A stretch of DNA of 32,000 bases, from positions 90,001-122,000 of the forward strand of contig NC_010482.1 of assembly GCF_000019605.1 (NCBI RefSeq), in the 5' to 3' direction. Positions 1 to 8,421 of the stretch are shown piece after piece. Position 1 is the first letter of the stretch. Each line of letters begins with the position of its first letter. The notes below the pieces were generated by a model, which saw only the letters and a list, made by a program, of their open reading frames with translations, was not told the DNA's origin and did no database searches. The stretch comes from Candidatus Korarchaeum cryptofilum OPF8. GTDB taxonomy: Archaea; Korarchaeota; Korarchaeia; Korarchaeales; Korarchaeaceae. A program made the translations under genes and the position numbers.

Positions 1-1
1 G

Positions 2-259
2 GATAGGACGTCCTTATTCGCCAGATTCCTCAAGGATCTCTCCAAGAGGGATTTCATAGTTAAGATATTCGTCAGTGGATTCGGGGCAAAATCAGTGGCT
101 AGATATGTGGGTGAGAATTGCATCTACGTTGATGAGTGCCCAGATTCTGCTCAGAAAATAATAGAATTCTCGGAGGGAGAGGGGGCCATTCTCATGCTCC
201 TAGCTAACAGAAAAACGAAATTAGTCGATATAATGTTGGAAAAGCTCAGTGAGAAATAG
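2..259 (+). CDS. 3' end of an unidentified protein-coding gene; the 5' part lies outside the window
   Basis: Frame 2 is open from the window edge for 85 codons (...VKIFVSGFGAKSVARYVGENCIYVDECPDSAQKIIEFSEGEGAILMLLANRKTKLVDIMLEKLSEK) and stops at TAG 257-259. It is absent from the ORF track, probably because the start is outside the window. It is convergent with the radical SAM gene and overlaps its 3' end by 14 nt. No family recognised. Confidence 0.45.
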   Translation, partial: DRTSLFARFLKDLSKRDFIVKIFVSGFGAKSVARYVGENCIYVDECPDSAQKIIEFSEGEGAILMLLANRKTKLVDIMLEKLSEK

Positions 260-1679
260 AGATTGCTCTTAACTCATCCCATAGCTTCTCGTTGAACTCG
301 CAACTTGGGTCAGGCCCGAGAGGATCGTTATAGTAAGCCAATGCCCTGGCCCTGCATCCTCCGCATATGTACCTGTAGCCGCATGTTGAGCACGCGTATC
401 CAGAATAATCCCTATCCCTGAGCTTATTCAGGAGCTCATTCTCCTGCCAGACCTTGAGGAAGCCATCCCTCAGCACGTTCCCCACTACTATGGGCATGAA
501 GACGCACGGTTGAATATCTCCATTATGCTCTACTGAGCAATATATCCTTCCAGCCCCGCAGCCACCGAGGAACTCGGCTAGAGCGAATCCCATCGACATG
601 TACTCCTCTGGAATTGCCAGCTCGGCGAAGTGAGTCGGGGTGAGCTTCCCTCCCTTATCGACATGCTTCAGGGAGACTATCGCATATATCGGACTGGTTG
701 AGAAGGCCTGGAAGCCGTTTGAGAGCTCGGAGTAAAGGAGCTCTAGGACTTCCATCCTCTCCTTCGGGCTCAAATCGTACTCAACTATGTCCTTCCCCCT
801 CCCAGTCGGTATGAAGTTGAAGGCTATGAACCTATCAACCCCCAGTTCCTTCGCTAGCTTTATCATATCCGCCACCTCCCTATAGTTCTTCTTAGTTATC
901 GTCATAGCGATTCCCACATCCATTCCAGCACTCTTAGCGTTCTTTATCCCCTCCACCGATCTCTCCCATGCCCCTCTTATCCCCCTGAAGCTGTCGTGAG
1001 ATTCAGGGTTCGGCGAATCCAAGCTCACCTCAACGTACCTAACTCCGATCTCCTTCAGCCTCCTAGCTACCTCCGGCTTTATCAGAGTACCGTTCGTCGC
1101 TATGCTAATGTACATCCCCGCTTGAGCAGCTCTCCTAGCTACCTCCCAGAAATCAGGGACGATTAATGGCTCCCCTCCCGAGAAGGAAATAGCAGCAACT
1201 CCAGCTTCATCAAGTTGACTCAGGACGGAGAGCCTCTCCTCGAGATTCAGCTCATCAGGTGGCGGTAGGTATGAAGCGTTCGCATAACAGTGAAGGCAGG
1301 AGAGGTTGCACCTCTTCGTGAAGTCCCAGACGACCATGAAAGGCGAGTATAATCTCTGAGGCCTCGTTATACCGTAATAAGCGATGCCAAGTAATATATT
1401 AGCTATCCCCCTCCTCATGTAAGGATCCTTGAGCCTCTCCTTCAGGACGGATTCATCGAATCCGAATTTATCGGCTGACTTAGAAAGTATGTAGCTTATC
1501 ATCTCGGAGAGGACCCTCTCCTTCGCGGACGATGGGTCCTCCAATCCGGCATAAATTGAGAGTATCTTCACTATATCAAGGGGCTTTCCTATCATTTTTA
1601 TAAATCTTCTGGTGAGACCATTTCCAAGAATTCTCCTTATATCTAGGATCAGCTCATTAACGTTGATATCGTTGGCCAT
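246..1679 (-). CDS. Radical SAM protein with a C-terminal SPASM domain and an N-terminal helical extension of about 110 aa
   Basis: CNLSCLHCY (CxxxCxxC) radical SAM cluster motif and GGEPL SAM-binding motif. C-terminal Cys-rich region (CGAGRIYCSVEHNGDIQPCVFMP ... CSTCGYRYICGGCRARA) typical of SPASM auxiliary clusters. 477-aa ORF. Confidence 0.9.
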   Translation of the reverse strand: MANDINVNELILDIRRILGNGLTRRFIKMIGKPLDIVKILSIYAGLEDPSSAKERVLSEMISYILSKSADKFGFDESVLKERLKDPYMRRGIANILLGIAYYGITRPQRLYSPFMVVWDFTKRCNLSCLHCYANASYLPPPDELNLEERLSVLSQLDEAGVAAISFSGGEPLIVPDFWEVARRAAQAGMYISIATNGTLIKPEVARRLKEIGVRYVEVSLDSPNPESHDSFRGIRGAWERSVEGIKNAKSAGMDVGIAMTITKKNYREVADMIKLAKELGVDRFIAFNFIPTGRGKDIVEYDLSPKERMEVLELLYSELSNGFQAFSTSPIYAIVSLKHVDKGGKLTPTHFAELAIPEEYMSMGFALAEFLGGCGAGRIYCSVEHNGDIQPCVFMPIVVGNVLRDGFLKVWQENELLNKLRDRDYSGYACSTCGYRYICGGCRARALAYYNDPLGPDPSCEFNEKLWDELRAISISH

Positions 1680-1940
1680 ACCCCTTCATCTCCCACTGAT
1701 ACGCAAGTTCATGATTTTTAATGTTTATCATTTAGGCTCCAGCTAGTTAGCTCATGAATTTAATTTATCTAACATATTGAAATATTAAAAATTAATCAAA
1801 TAATCCCCACTATTGTGATAAGAATTAGAGTTCATGTGGGTCTCAGATCATGATTTCCAACTTTTGTAATGCTGAACGCTCGAGGCATATGTTTAAATAG
1901 CGGAACTTGGGAGTGAGGCAACGCCTTCGAGGCGAGTAGT

Positions 1941-2369
1941 ATGTCGACGAGTCGGAAGGTATTGGATCTGAGACCCGGAGAAAATAGTGTGAACGTGAAG
2001 GTCCGGGTCCTCGAAGTTGGTGAGTCGAGAGTTGTTGAGACGAAGAGGGGTCCTAGGACCCTCTCAGAAGCGACGGTTGGGGACGAGACGGGTAGAGTAG
2101 TCCTAGTTCTATGGGGCGACCATGCAGGGAAATTGAAGGAGGGAAAGGTAGTACAGCTGCAGAATGCTTTCACAACTGTCTATAGGGAGAAGGTCCAGCT
2201 TAACTTAGGGAACATGGGCAGCTTCGTTGAGACGGATGATGAGGGTTTCGTGAAAGCTGAGGAGATACCTGAGGATATGCCCCAAGCTTCAGGAGATTTC
2301 AGGCCCCAGAGAAGGAGGAGGGATTTCAGAGGAAGGGATGATAGTTACAGAGGAAGGCCTAAGTGGTAG
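1941..2369 (+). CDS. ssb: Single-stranded DNA-binding protein, crenarchaeal single-OB-fold type, with an Arg/Gly-rich C-terminal tail
   Basis: VNVKVRVLEVGESRVVETKRGPRTLSEATVGDETGRVVLVLWGDHAGKLKEGKVVQLQNAFTTVYREKVQLNLG closely parallels what I recall of the Sulfolobus SSB OB fold (...SEAIVGDETGRVKLTLWGKHAG...). The tail PQRRRRDFRGRDDSYRGRPKW is basic and RG-rich. Confidence 0.88.
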   Translation: MSTSRKVLDLRPGENSVNVKVRVLEVGESRVVETKRGPRTLSEATVGDETGRVVLVLWGDHAGKLKEGKVVQLQNAFTTVYREKVQLNLGNMGSFVETDDEGFVKAEEIPEDMPQASGDFRPQRRRRDFRGRDDSYRGRPKW

Positions 2370-2420
2370 GGGAATTAATCCCCTAAGGGCGATTTTTAAG
2401 TTAAATTATGTTATTTTTTG
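2369..2420 (+). terminator. Putative terminator after ssb: a short hairpin followed by T-tracts
   Basis: GGGGA-attaa-TCCCC (2369-2383) overlaps the stop codon and is followed by TTTTT (2393-2397) and TTATTTTTT (2411-2419). Archaeal termination is typically at oligo-T. Confidence 0.4.
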
Positions 2421-2550
2421 GGTTTCACGGGGGATTGGCTAAATACTCTCAAAAAAACGACGCAAGTTCTGTTAAATACTTTTCCTAAAATGTGCTCATA
2501 GGATCCCAATACGATTAAATTATTTTCCTGGAGAATAATGAGGTGTAAGC

Positions 2551-3837
2551 TTGCCGTCCGATGTGGAGCTAGCTAAGTGGACTAAGCTGATCCCTGAGTC
2601 GGAGATAAGGCGACTTCTCAGATATAATGTCAAGTATTACTTCGCGGGGGGTAAACCTGGCGTAATACCTACAGGGGCCTTCCCCATGATCCTGATGAGG
2701 TTGGCCCTTCAGGAGCTGGAGAGCGTCTTCTCGGGAAGGGAGATAGATATCATAGAGGATTATAATTACGGTCCTACAGACGGTCTACCGGATGTGAGGA
2801 AAACTCTAGCGAATTTCCTGAGGGAGAGGGATTCAATAAACCTGGATAAGGATGAGGGATGGAAGCAGGTCGTGATTACAACAGGCTCTCAACAGATGAT
2901 CTACTTAACGCTAGATGTCCTCCTGAATCCCGGAGATATAGTGATAGTCCCTGCTCCTGTCTACTTGGGCTTCGTTAACGTAATTACGAAGCTCTATGGG
3001 GATACAATAGCCGTCCCGGGAGATAAAGACGGGATAATACCGGATTACGTTGAGGATGCAATAAAGAAGGCTCAAAGGGATCTCGGAAAGAAGCCGAAAC
3101 TTATCTATGTAATTCCGGATTCCGATAACCCCTCGGGAACAACACTGCCTGAGAGCAGGAGGAGGAAGCTCCTGGAGATAGCTAAGGAGAACGGAATTTA
3201 TCTATTGGAGGATGCAGCCTATAGGGAGATTCAGTTCAGAGGGGAGAGGATAAAGCCTATAAGGGCCTTGGATGAGGAGGGCAGCACCGTGATATATATG
3301 AGGACAACTAGCAAGGAGGTATCTGTCCTGAGAGTAGGATACAACCTGATGCCTCCGGAGATAAGGGAGGAGGTGGTGAAGGCCAAAGGTTATCATGACC
3401 TCTGTACTCCTACAATAACGCAGAAGATGGCTAAACTTTACTACGAGCTCTACTTCCCCAAATTCATAGAGAAAGTCAGGGAGGGCTACAGGAAGAGGTA
3501 TGAGGCCATGGCTAAAGCTATAGATGAGAGCTTCCCAGATGGAACGAGGACAGATCCTACGGGCGGTTTCTTCATATGGTGGGAATCGTCCAGAAAGGAT
3601 TTCGACAGTAAAAAGTTCCTGGAGGAGGTAGCGATACCGAATGATGTTCTTTATGTTCCAGGGGAGGCTTTCTATCCACTTACAGGCCGCATTTACGATC
3701 CATCGGAGGGGAGCTTGGTGGATGTAAGGAAGAGGACGCCTAAGAACGGGATGAGGCTGGGCTACTCTTACAATGACCCGGCGGTGATAGAGGAGGGGAT
3801 AAGGAAGCTCGGATCTCTCCTGTCAAAATCAGTGTAA
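2551..3837 (+). CDS. PLP-dependent aminotransferase, class I/II fold (2-aminoadipate/aromatic aminotransferase-like)
   Basis: Family motifs are present: DSDNPSGT (xNPxG), YLLEDAAY (D..Y) and TTSKEVS (Ser-Lys, the PLP lysine). 428 aa with a TTG start. Confidence 0.88.
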   Translation: MPSDVELAKWTKLIPESEIRRLLRYNVKYYFAGGKPGVIPTGAFPMILMRLALQELESVFSGREIDIIEDYNYGPTDGLPDVRKTLANFLRERDSINLDKDEGWKQVVITTGSQQMIYLTLDVLLNPGDIVIVPAPVYLGFVNVITKLYGDTIAVPGDKDGIIPDYVEDAIKKAQRDLGKKPKLIYVIPDSDNPSGTTLPESRRRKLLEIAKENGIYLLEDAAYREIQFRGERIKPIRALDEEGSTVIYMRTTSKEVSVLRVGYNLMPPEIREEVVKAKGYHDLCTPTITQKMAKLYYELYFPKFIEKVREGYRKRYEAMAKAIDESFPDGTRTDPTGGFFIWWESSRKDFDSKKFLEEVAIPNDVLYVPGEAFYPLTGRIYDPSEGSLVDVRKRTPKNGMRLGYSYNDPAVIEEGIRKLGSLLSKSV

Positions 3838-3948
3838 TATTTTAACTCTTTTCTCCCCTCTCCCCGCCATCCCAAGTTTTCGCTCGAGATCCCTCCCCCC
3901 TGTGAGGGGCGGGAGCGCTATCAGAAAAGTTAATAATTTACACCTGGT

Positions 3949-4845
3949 GTGGTGGAGGGGCTTCCGATGGGAGATCTGAGGGGCTCGATTATAGATGGCA
4001 TCGTTAAGATGATGCGGGAAGCTGCTTTTAATGTCCCTAAGGATGTCAAGGATGCTCTGATAAAAGCATATGAATCAGAGGACAATCCTGTCGCTAGGGC
4101 AAACTTGGAGGCAATTTTGAAGAACATAGATGCCTCTGGCAAGCTTAAGATGCCGATGTGCCAAGATACGGGAACTCCAACTTTCTTCATAGAGTTGGGT
4201 GATGATTTCCCCCTGAGGTCTGAGGTCAAGTCAGTAATAGAGGAAGCTGTGAGAAGGGCTACAGCTGAAATACCCTTGAGGCCCAATACAGTGAATCCTT
4301 GGACCGGTGAGAATCCAGGGGATAACACTGGAAGGCACGTCCCTATAATACACCTAGACCTCGTCCCCGGGGATCAGATGAGAGTTCTCTTCTTAGCTAA
4401 GGGAGGAGGAAGTGAGAACACATCGAAGATATACATGCTAAGTCCTGTGCTCGGTATAAAGGGAATAAAGAAAGCTGTTATAGATGCAATGATCGATGCT
4501 GGCCCGATGCCCTGCCCTCCGATAATAGTGGGCGTTGGCGTCGGGGGGAGCGCAGATCTAGCGATAAAGCTGGCAAAGAAGGCGACCTTCAGGAGGCTTA
4601 ACGAGCCCAATCCCGATCCAAAGCTCAACGAATTGGAGAATGAGCTCTTGGAGATGATAAATTCGCTCGGGATAGGACCGATGGGGCTAGGGGGCAAGAC
4701 TTACGCCCTAGGGGTTAAGGTGGAATGGGCCCACAAGCATCCGGCCAGCCTTCCAGTAGGTATAAGTACACAATGCTGGGCCTTCAGGAGGGCGGAAGGT
4801 ATCTTCGATAAGAACGGTAATTTAAAGATTGTTTTGCCGCCTTGA
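3949..4845 (+). CDS. Fe-S type hydro-lyase alpha subunit (class I fumarate hydratase or tartrate dehydratase family)
   Basis: The CQDTGTP cluster-ligand motif, its size, and the beta subunit gene 12 nt downstream. An AT-rich TATA-like element (aaaagttaataattta) lies just upstream. The start is uncertain: GTG 3949 or ATG 3967. Confidence 0.88.
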   Translation: MVEGLPMGDLRGSIIDGIVKMMREAAFNVPKDVKDALIKAYESEDNPVARANLEAILKNIDASGKLKMPMCQDTGTPTFFIELGDDFPLRSEVKSVIEEAVRRATAEIPLRPNTVNPWTGENPGDNTGRHVPIIHLDLVPGDQMRVLFLAKGGGSENTSKIYMLSPVLGIKGIKKAVIDAMIDAGPMPCPPIIVGVGVGGSADLAIKLAKKATFRRLNEPNPDPKLNELENELLEMINSLGIGPMGLGGKTYALGVKVEWAHKHPASLPVGISTQCWAFRRAEGIFDKNGNLKIVLPP

Positions 4846-4857
4846 GGGGGTGATCTT

Positions 4858-5457
4858 ATGGCGGAGTATAGGTTGAGGACTCCCGTAACTGAGGAGCAGG
4901 TTAGGAAGCTGAAAGTAGGTGATGTCGTATATCTGGATGGGATAATAATAACTGGAAGGGACCAGGTACACAGAAGGGCCTTGGAACTCGCTTCTAAGGG
5001 TGAGAAGGATAAAGTACCGGTTAAGCTGGAGGGAATGGCTTTGTATCACTGCGGACCCATAGTCGGTAAAGTTGATGGGGAGTGGAAGATATACGGCTTC
5101 GGCCCGACTACGAGCGCTAGGATGGAGAGCGTTGAGGCCGATTTCATAAGGGAATTCGGGGTCAGGCTCATAATAGGGAAGGGTGGCTTATTCGAGAGGA
5201 CTACTCAAGCGATGAAGGAGTACGGGGCAGCTTACCTCGCATATCCAGGTGGAGTTTCCGTCCTCGCGACGAATGCTGTGAAAAGGGTAGTGGATGTCCA
5301 CTGGCTCGATTTGGGAGTTCCAGAGGCTATGTGGGTCGTCGAAGTTGAGAACTTCGGCCCGACTATGGTGGCTATAGATTCTCATGGGAACAACTTATTC
5401 CTGGACGTCCTGCAAAACGTCAAGAAGAAGGCTGAGGAGATAAAGGCCAAAATATGA
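4858..5457 (+). CDS. Fe-S type hydro-lyase beta subunit (class I fumarate hydratase or tartrate dehydratase family)
   Basis: 199 aa with ITGRDQVHRR, GPTTSARME and IGKGG motifs typical of the C-terminal/beta domain of class I fumarases. GGGGGTGA lies just before the ATG. Operonic with the alpha subunit. Confidence 0.88.
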   Translation: MAEYRLRTPVTEEQVRKLKVGDVVYLDGIIITGRDQVHRRALELASKGEKDKVPVKLEGMALYHCGPIVGKVDGEWKIYGFGPTTSARMESVEADFIREFGVRLIIGKGGLFERTTQAMKEYGAAYLAYPGGVSVLATNAVKRVVDVHWLDLGVPEAMWVVEVENFGPTMVAIDSHGNNLFLDVLQNVKKKAEEIKAKI

Positions 5458-5619
5458 TCAGACCTTCACATCAACTCTCTCATAGCTCGTCAAAATCTCG
5501 GCTACAGCTAGGAGAGCAGCCACTTCCTCAGGATTTTTTACGTTGAGTTCCCTCAATACCCGCAAATAACTCGCATATTTTTTCTTGAAGGTCTTCTCCT
5601 CCCTGGGCCCTATCGACAT
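5458..5619 (-). CDS. Small hypothetical protein of 53 aa, below the ORF-track size cutoff
   Basis: The minus-strand ORF is MSIGPREEKTFKKKYASYLRVLRELNVKNPEEVAALLAVAEILTSYERVDVKV. A TATA-like ctttttatat (complement of 5641-5650) sits about 26 nt upstream of the ATG at 5619, the spacing expected for a leaderless archaeal mRNA. No homology recognised. Confidence 0.35.
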   Translation of the reverse strand: MSIGPREEKTFKKKYASYLRVLRELNVKNPEEVAALLAVAEILTSYERVDVKV

Positions 5620-5654
5620 CTCCAACACCTTTTCCTCAGCATATAAAAAGGCAG

Positions 5655-5715
5655 GTAAAAACTAATAAAATTTCCCCCGCTGCGATCGCTCAGTCCCTTC
5701 GGAGGATCTCAGCGG
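5655..5715 (-). terminator. Imperfect hairpin plus T-rich tract downstream of the FAD-protein gene
   Basis: CCGCTG (5677-5682) pairs with CAGCGG (5710-5715). Inner pairings are GATC/GATC and CTC/GAG, about 13 bp in total. On the minus strand the hairpin is followed by gggaaATTTTATTAGTTTTT. It lies about 150 nt after the stop codon, so the assignment is tentative. Confidence 0.3.
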
Positions 5716-5864
5716 CCTTTATTCCCCTCCAAGTATGTAATGTGGAGTTCTATATCAATCCTCACAGCATAATTGAGCATCAGGAAAATCAATCCATTTA
5801 CATGGCGAAAGAGACCCTAACTTCACGAAAATTCTCAAAATTGAGGCAGTGGAAGATCCACCGC

Positions 5865-7259
5865 TCAACCGTGGGAGAGCCTCCTAGCTATATCCCTCCC
5901 TATCCATACTCCTGAAGCTGCAGCTTGAACGAGACCCCTCGACACTCCTGCACCATCGCCTCCAGCATAGAGGCCCTCTATAACCTTGGTCTCGAGATTG
6001 GGCTTCAGGTCTATCTTAGCCCCGTATAACTTAACCTCGATCCCGTAGAGGAGGGTGTGATCCGAGTATATTCCGGGCATTATCTCATTCATCGCGCGCA
6101 GCATCTCCAGTATGTCCTTCAGATATCTGAAGGGGAGCACGAAGCTCAAATCTCCCGGTGTGGAGCCCGGAAGGGTAGGCTTCACTATGCTCCTACTCAA
6201 CCTAGCTTCCGTAGATCTTCTCCCTCTCTTCAAATCCCCGAGCCTCTGCACTATCGGTTGATTCCCCGCGATTTCATTCGCCATCTTAGCTATACTCAAA
6301 GCGTAAGAGATCGTATCCCTGTAAGGCGCTGTGAACTCGGTTGTCACTAGGATGGCAAAATTCGTATTTTCCGTCTTGAAATCATTCCTAGAGACACCGT
6401 TGACAGTCACTATCCCCCAGTAAGATTCAGTGACCACCTCCCCTCTAGGGTTAACGCAGAACACCCTGACTTTATCGTCGAAAGTATCGCTGTAATAGAT
6501 GAGTTTCGGCTCGTAGAGGACGTCAGTGTACTCACGCATGACTTCGTAAGGGACTTCAACCCTCACCCCCAGATCAACCTTACCACCGTCCACCTTGACC
6601 CCCAGCCTCCTCATCTCACTGACTAACCATCCCTCCATGACCCTTCCAGTGGCTAGGACGACATATTTAGCCATAATTTCCTCTCCATTCGAGAGAGATA
6701 CCCCTGATACTCTCCCATTCTCCGTTAAAATCCTGCTAGCGGTTGCTCCAAACCTGATCTCTATTCCCATCTCATCCACCAACTTCCTGAGGTTCATCAG
6801 GACCCTGTAACCTCCATCGCTCCCCATGTGCCTTATCCTGAACGGCACTAGGAGGAGGCCCGCTTTCAGGGCCTTCCTCCTCAACCTCTCCACTTCCTCC
6901 TGATCCTCACCATAGACTTCCTTAGGAGCGCCGAGCTTAAGGAAGGAATCATCTACGTAATCTAATAGGTCCCAGAACTCCCTCTCACCTATCAAGTTCG
7001 CTAGATCACCGCCAACATCCTTAGTGAGGTTGAGCTTTCCGTCGCTGAAGGTACCTGCTCCCCCGAAACCTGAGACTATATCGCAGATCTGACAGGTAAC
7101 GCATCTACCGATGGACTTCAGGGGGCACCTTCTCCCCTCCAAATCCTTCCCCATCTCGATCACAAGAACTTTGGCCTCTGGAACTATCTTCTTTATCTCA
7201 ATCGCTGAGAAGAGCCCGGATGGGCCAGCTCCCACAACGACGACATCCCAGCTCTCCAA
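5865..7259 (-). CDS. FAD-dependent oxidoreductase of unknown specificity (COG2509-like uncharacterised FAD-dependent dehydrogenase)
   Basis: N-terminal VVVVGAGPSGLFSA dinucleotide-binding motif and a C-terminal GLYAGGDGAGVSRGLVQAAASG motif. 464 aa. Confidence 0.8.
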   Translation of the reverse strand: MESWDVVVVGAGPSGLFSAIEIKKIVPEAKVLVIEMGKDLEGRRCPLKSIGRCVTCQICDIVSGFGGAGTFSDGKLNLTKDVGGDLANLIGEREFWDLLDYVDDSFLKLGAPKEVYGEDQEEVERLRRKALKAGLLLVPFRIRHMGSDGGYRVLMNLRKLVDEMGIEIRFGATASRILTENGRVSGVSLSNGEEIMAKYVVLATGRVMEGWLVSEMRRLGVKVDGGKVDLGVRVEVPYEVMREYTDVLYEPKLIYYSDTFDDKVRVFCVNPRGEVVTESYWGIVTVNGVSRNDFKTENTNFAILVTTEFTAPYRDTISYALSIAKMANEIAGNQPIVQRLGDLKRGRRSTEARLSRSIVKPTLPGSTPGDLSFVLPFRYLKDILEMLRAMNEIMPGIYSDHTLLYGIEVKLYGAKIDLKPNLETKVIEGLYAGGDGAGVSRGLVQAAASGVWIGRDIARRLSHG

Positions 7260-7351
7260 TATTCCCTCCCCGAAGGGCAGGGATTCGATATATAAGCCTT
7301 TCTAGGTAGCTGAATCGGGCATGGAATAGAGGAGCCGGTGGCCCCCATAAA

Positions 7352-8041
7352 CTACCTATTAGTTAGGAAGGAGAGAGTGCCCAGATATTCCCCATCAAGT
7401 GTTAGTACGTCTGTGGAGTCTGGATCTAGGCATCCCGGGAATATGGGCCCGTAATCTCCGGGATTCAGGATATCTCCATACCCTATCAGGGTATTGAATG
7501 CGGGCATGATCACTATAGTCTCAGGGAGCTTCTCACATATCGAATCCCCTATGACCCAGACTGGGACCCTTCCAACCCCTCTAAGGGATATTGATGGATG
7601 TACGTGACCCATTATCCCGAATTCATATGAAGATGACTCCTCCGCTGGGTATGCATGACCGTGAAAGATCCAAGCATCCCCTAAAGCCGCTCCCCTGCTC
7701 CCATGGACTATGAAATTGCTTCCAGCTAAACTAGGGAGTCCTCCATCATGGTTCCCCTGGACGACCTCGACTCTATCGAAGCTTTTAGAGAGCCTCTCTA
7801 TGAATTCCCTAATCCTGTGGCTGAAGACCAGGCCTATTGAGTGCTTCAAGTCCCCGGCAATGAACAAATTTTTCCCACCCAATGAGATGAGATTTTCCAG
7901 TATTTTACCACTCTGGTCAGGTATGTAAACACCCTGGCTCGCTAGTTCGATCTCGTAGCCCACGTGAAGGTCCGCCACGAGGACCCAGGCTTCACCATCA
8001 AAGTTTATCTCTATAGCGGGCCTCCCCCAGATAGGTCTCAT
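7352..8041 (-). CDS. Calcineurin-like metallophosphoesterase (COG1407 / PdeM-like)
   Basis: Ordered metallophosphoesterase motifs: ADLHVGYE (DxH), GDLKH (GDxxH), GNHD, FHGHAY, GHVHP (GHxH). 229 aa. Confidence 0.85.
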   Translation of the reverse strand: MRPIWGRPAIEINFDGEAWVLVADLHVGYEIELASQGVYIPDQSGKILENLISLGGKNLFIAGDLKHSIGLVFSHRIREFIERLSKSFDRVEVVQGNHDGGLPSLAGSNFIVHGSRGAALGDAWIFHGHAYPAEESSSYEFGIMGHVHPSISLRGVGRVPVWVIGDSICEKLPETIVIMPAFNTLIGYGDILNPGDYGPIFPGCLDPDSTDVLTLDGEYLGTLSFLTNR

Positions 8042-8043
8042 CC

Positions 8044-8418
8044 TTGGATGATGAGGTCAAGCGGATTAAAATACATTCGATGCTCTCCTCTCTCCCATGG
8101 AGGAGCGCGATAAAGGCCCTTAAGTACGCTCTGAGGGATAAGGTTGAGAGACATTCGTTTTCCCCGAGCGGCAGATACTTTTACGTCGTGAGGGGGGAGT
8201 TGAGCGATCATATTGTCCTCGATGATGTGTTCTGCTCCTGCATGGATCACTACTTAAATGTCGTAATCAGGGGGAAGAGGAGAGCTTGCCATCATATCGC
8301 CTCCGTGGTGATAGCTAGAGAATTCGGGAAAATAAGGGAGATAGAGCATAAGGATCAGGAATTCCTCGGGATATTGAGGAAAATAATGTTATCTGAGGGT
8401 ATGGTCATTGATGTGTGA
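8044..8418 (+). CDS. SWIM zinc-finger protein
   Basis: CSCMDHYLNVVIRGKRRACHHI fits the SWIM CxC-x(n)-CxH signature. The TTG start at 8044 lies only 2 nt from the divergent phosphoesterase start. An alternative ATG at 8080 would place the promoter inside the neighbouring gene. Confidence 0.7.
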   Translation: MDDEVKRIKIHSMLSSLPWRSAIKALKYALRDKVERHSFSPSGRYFYVVRGELSDHIVLDDVFCSCMDHYLNVVIRGKRRACHHIASVVIAREFGKIREIEHKDQEFLGILRKIMLSEGMVIDV

Positions 8419-8421
8419 TCG

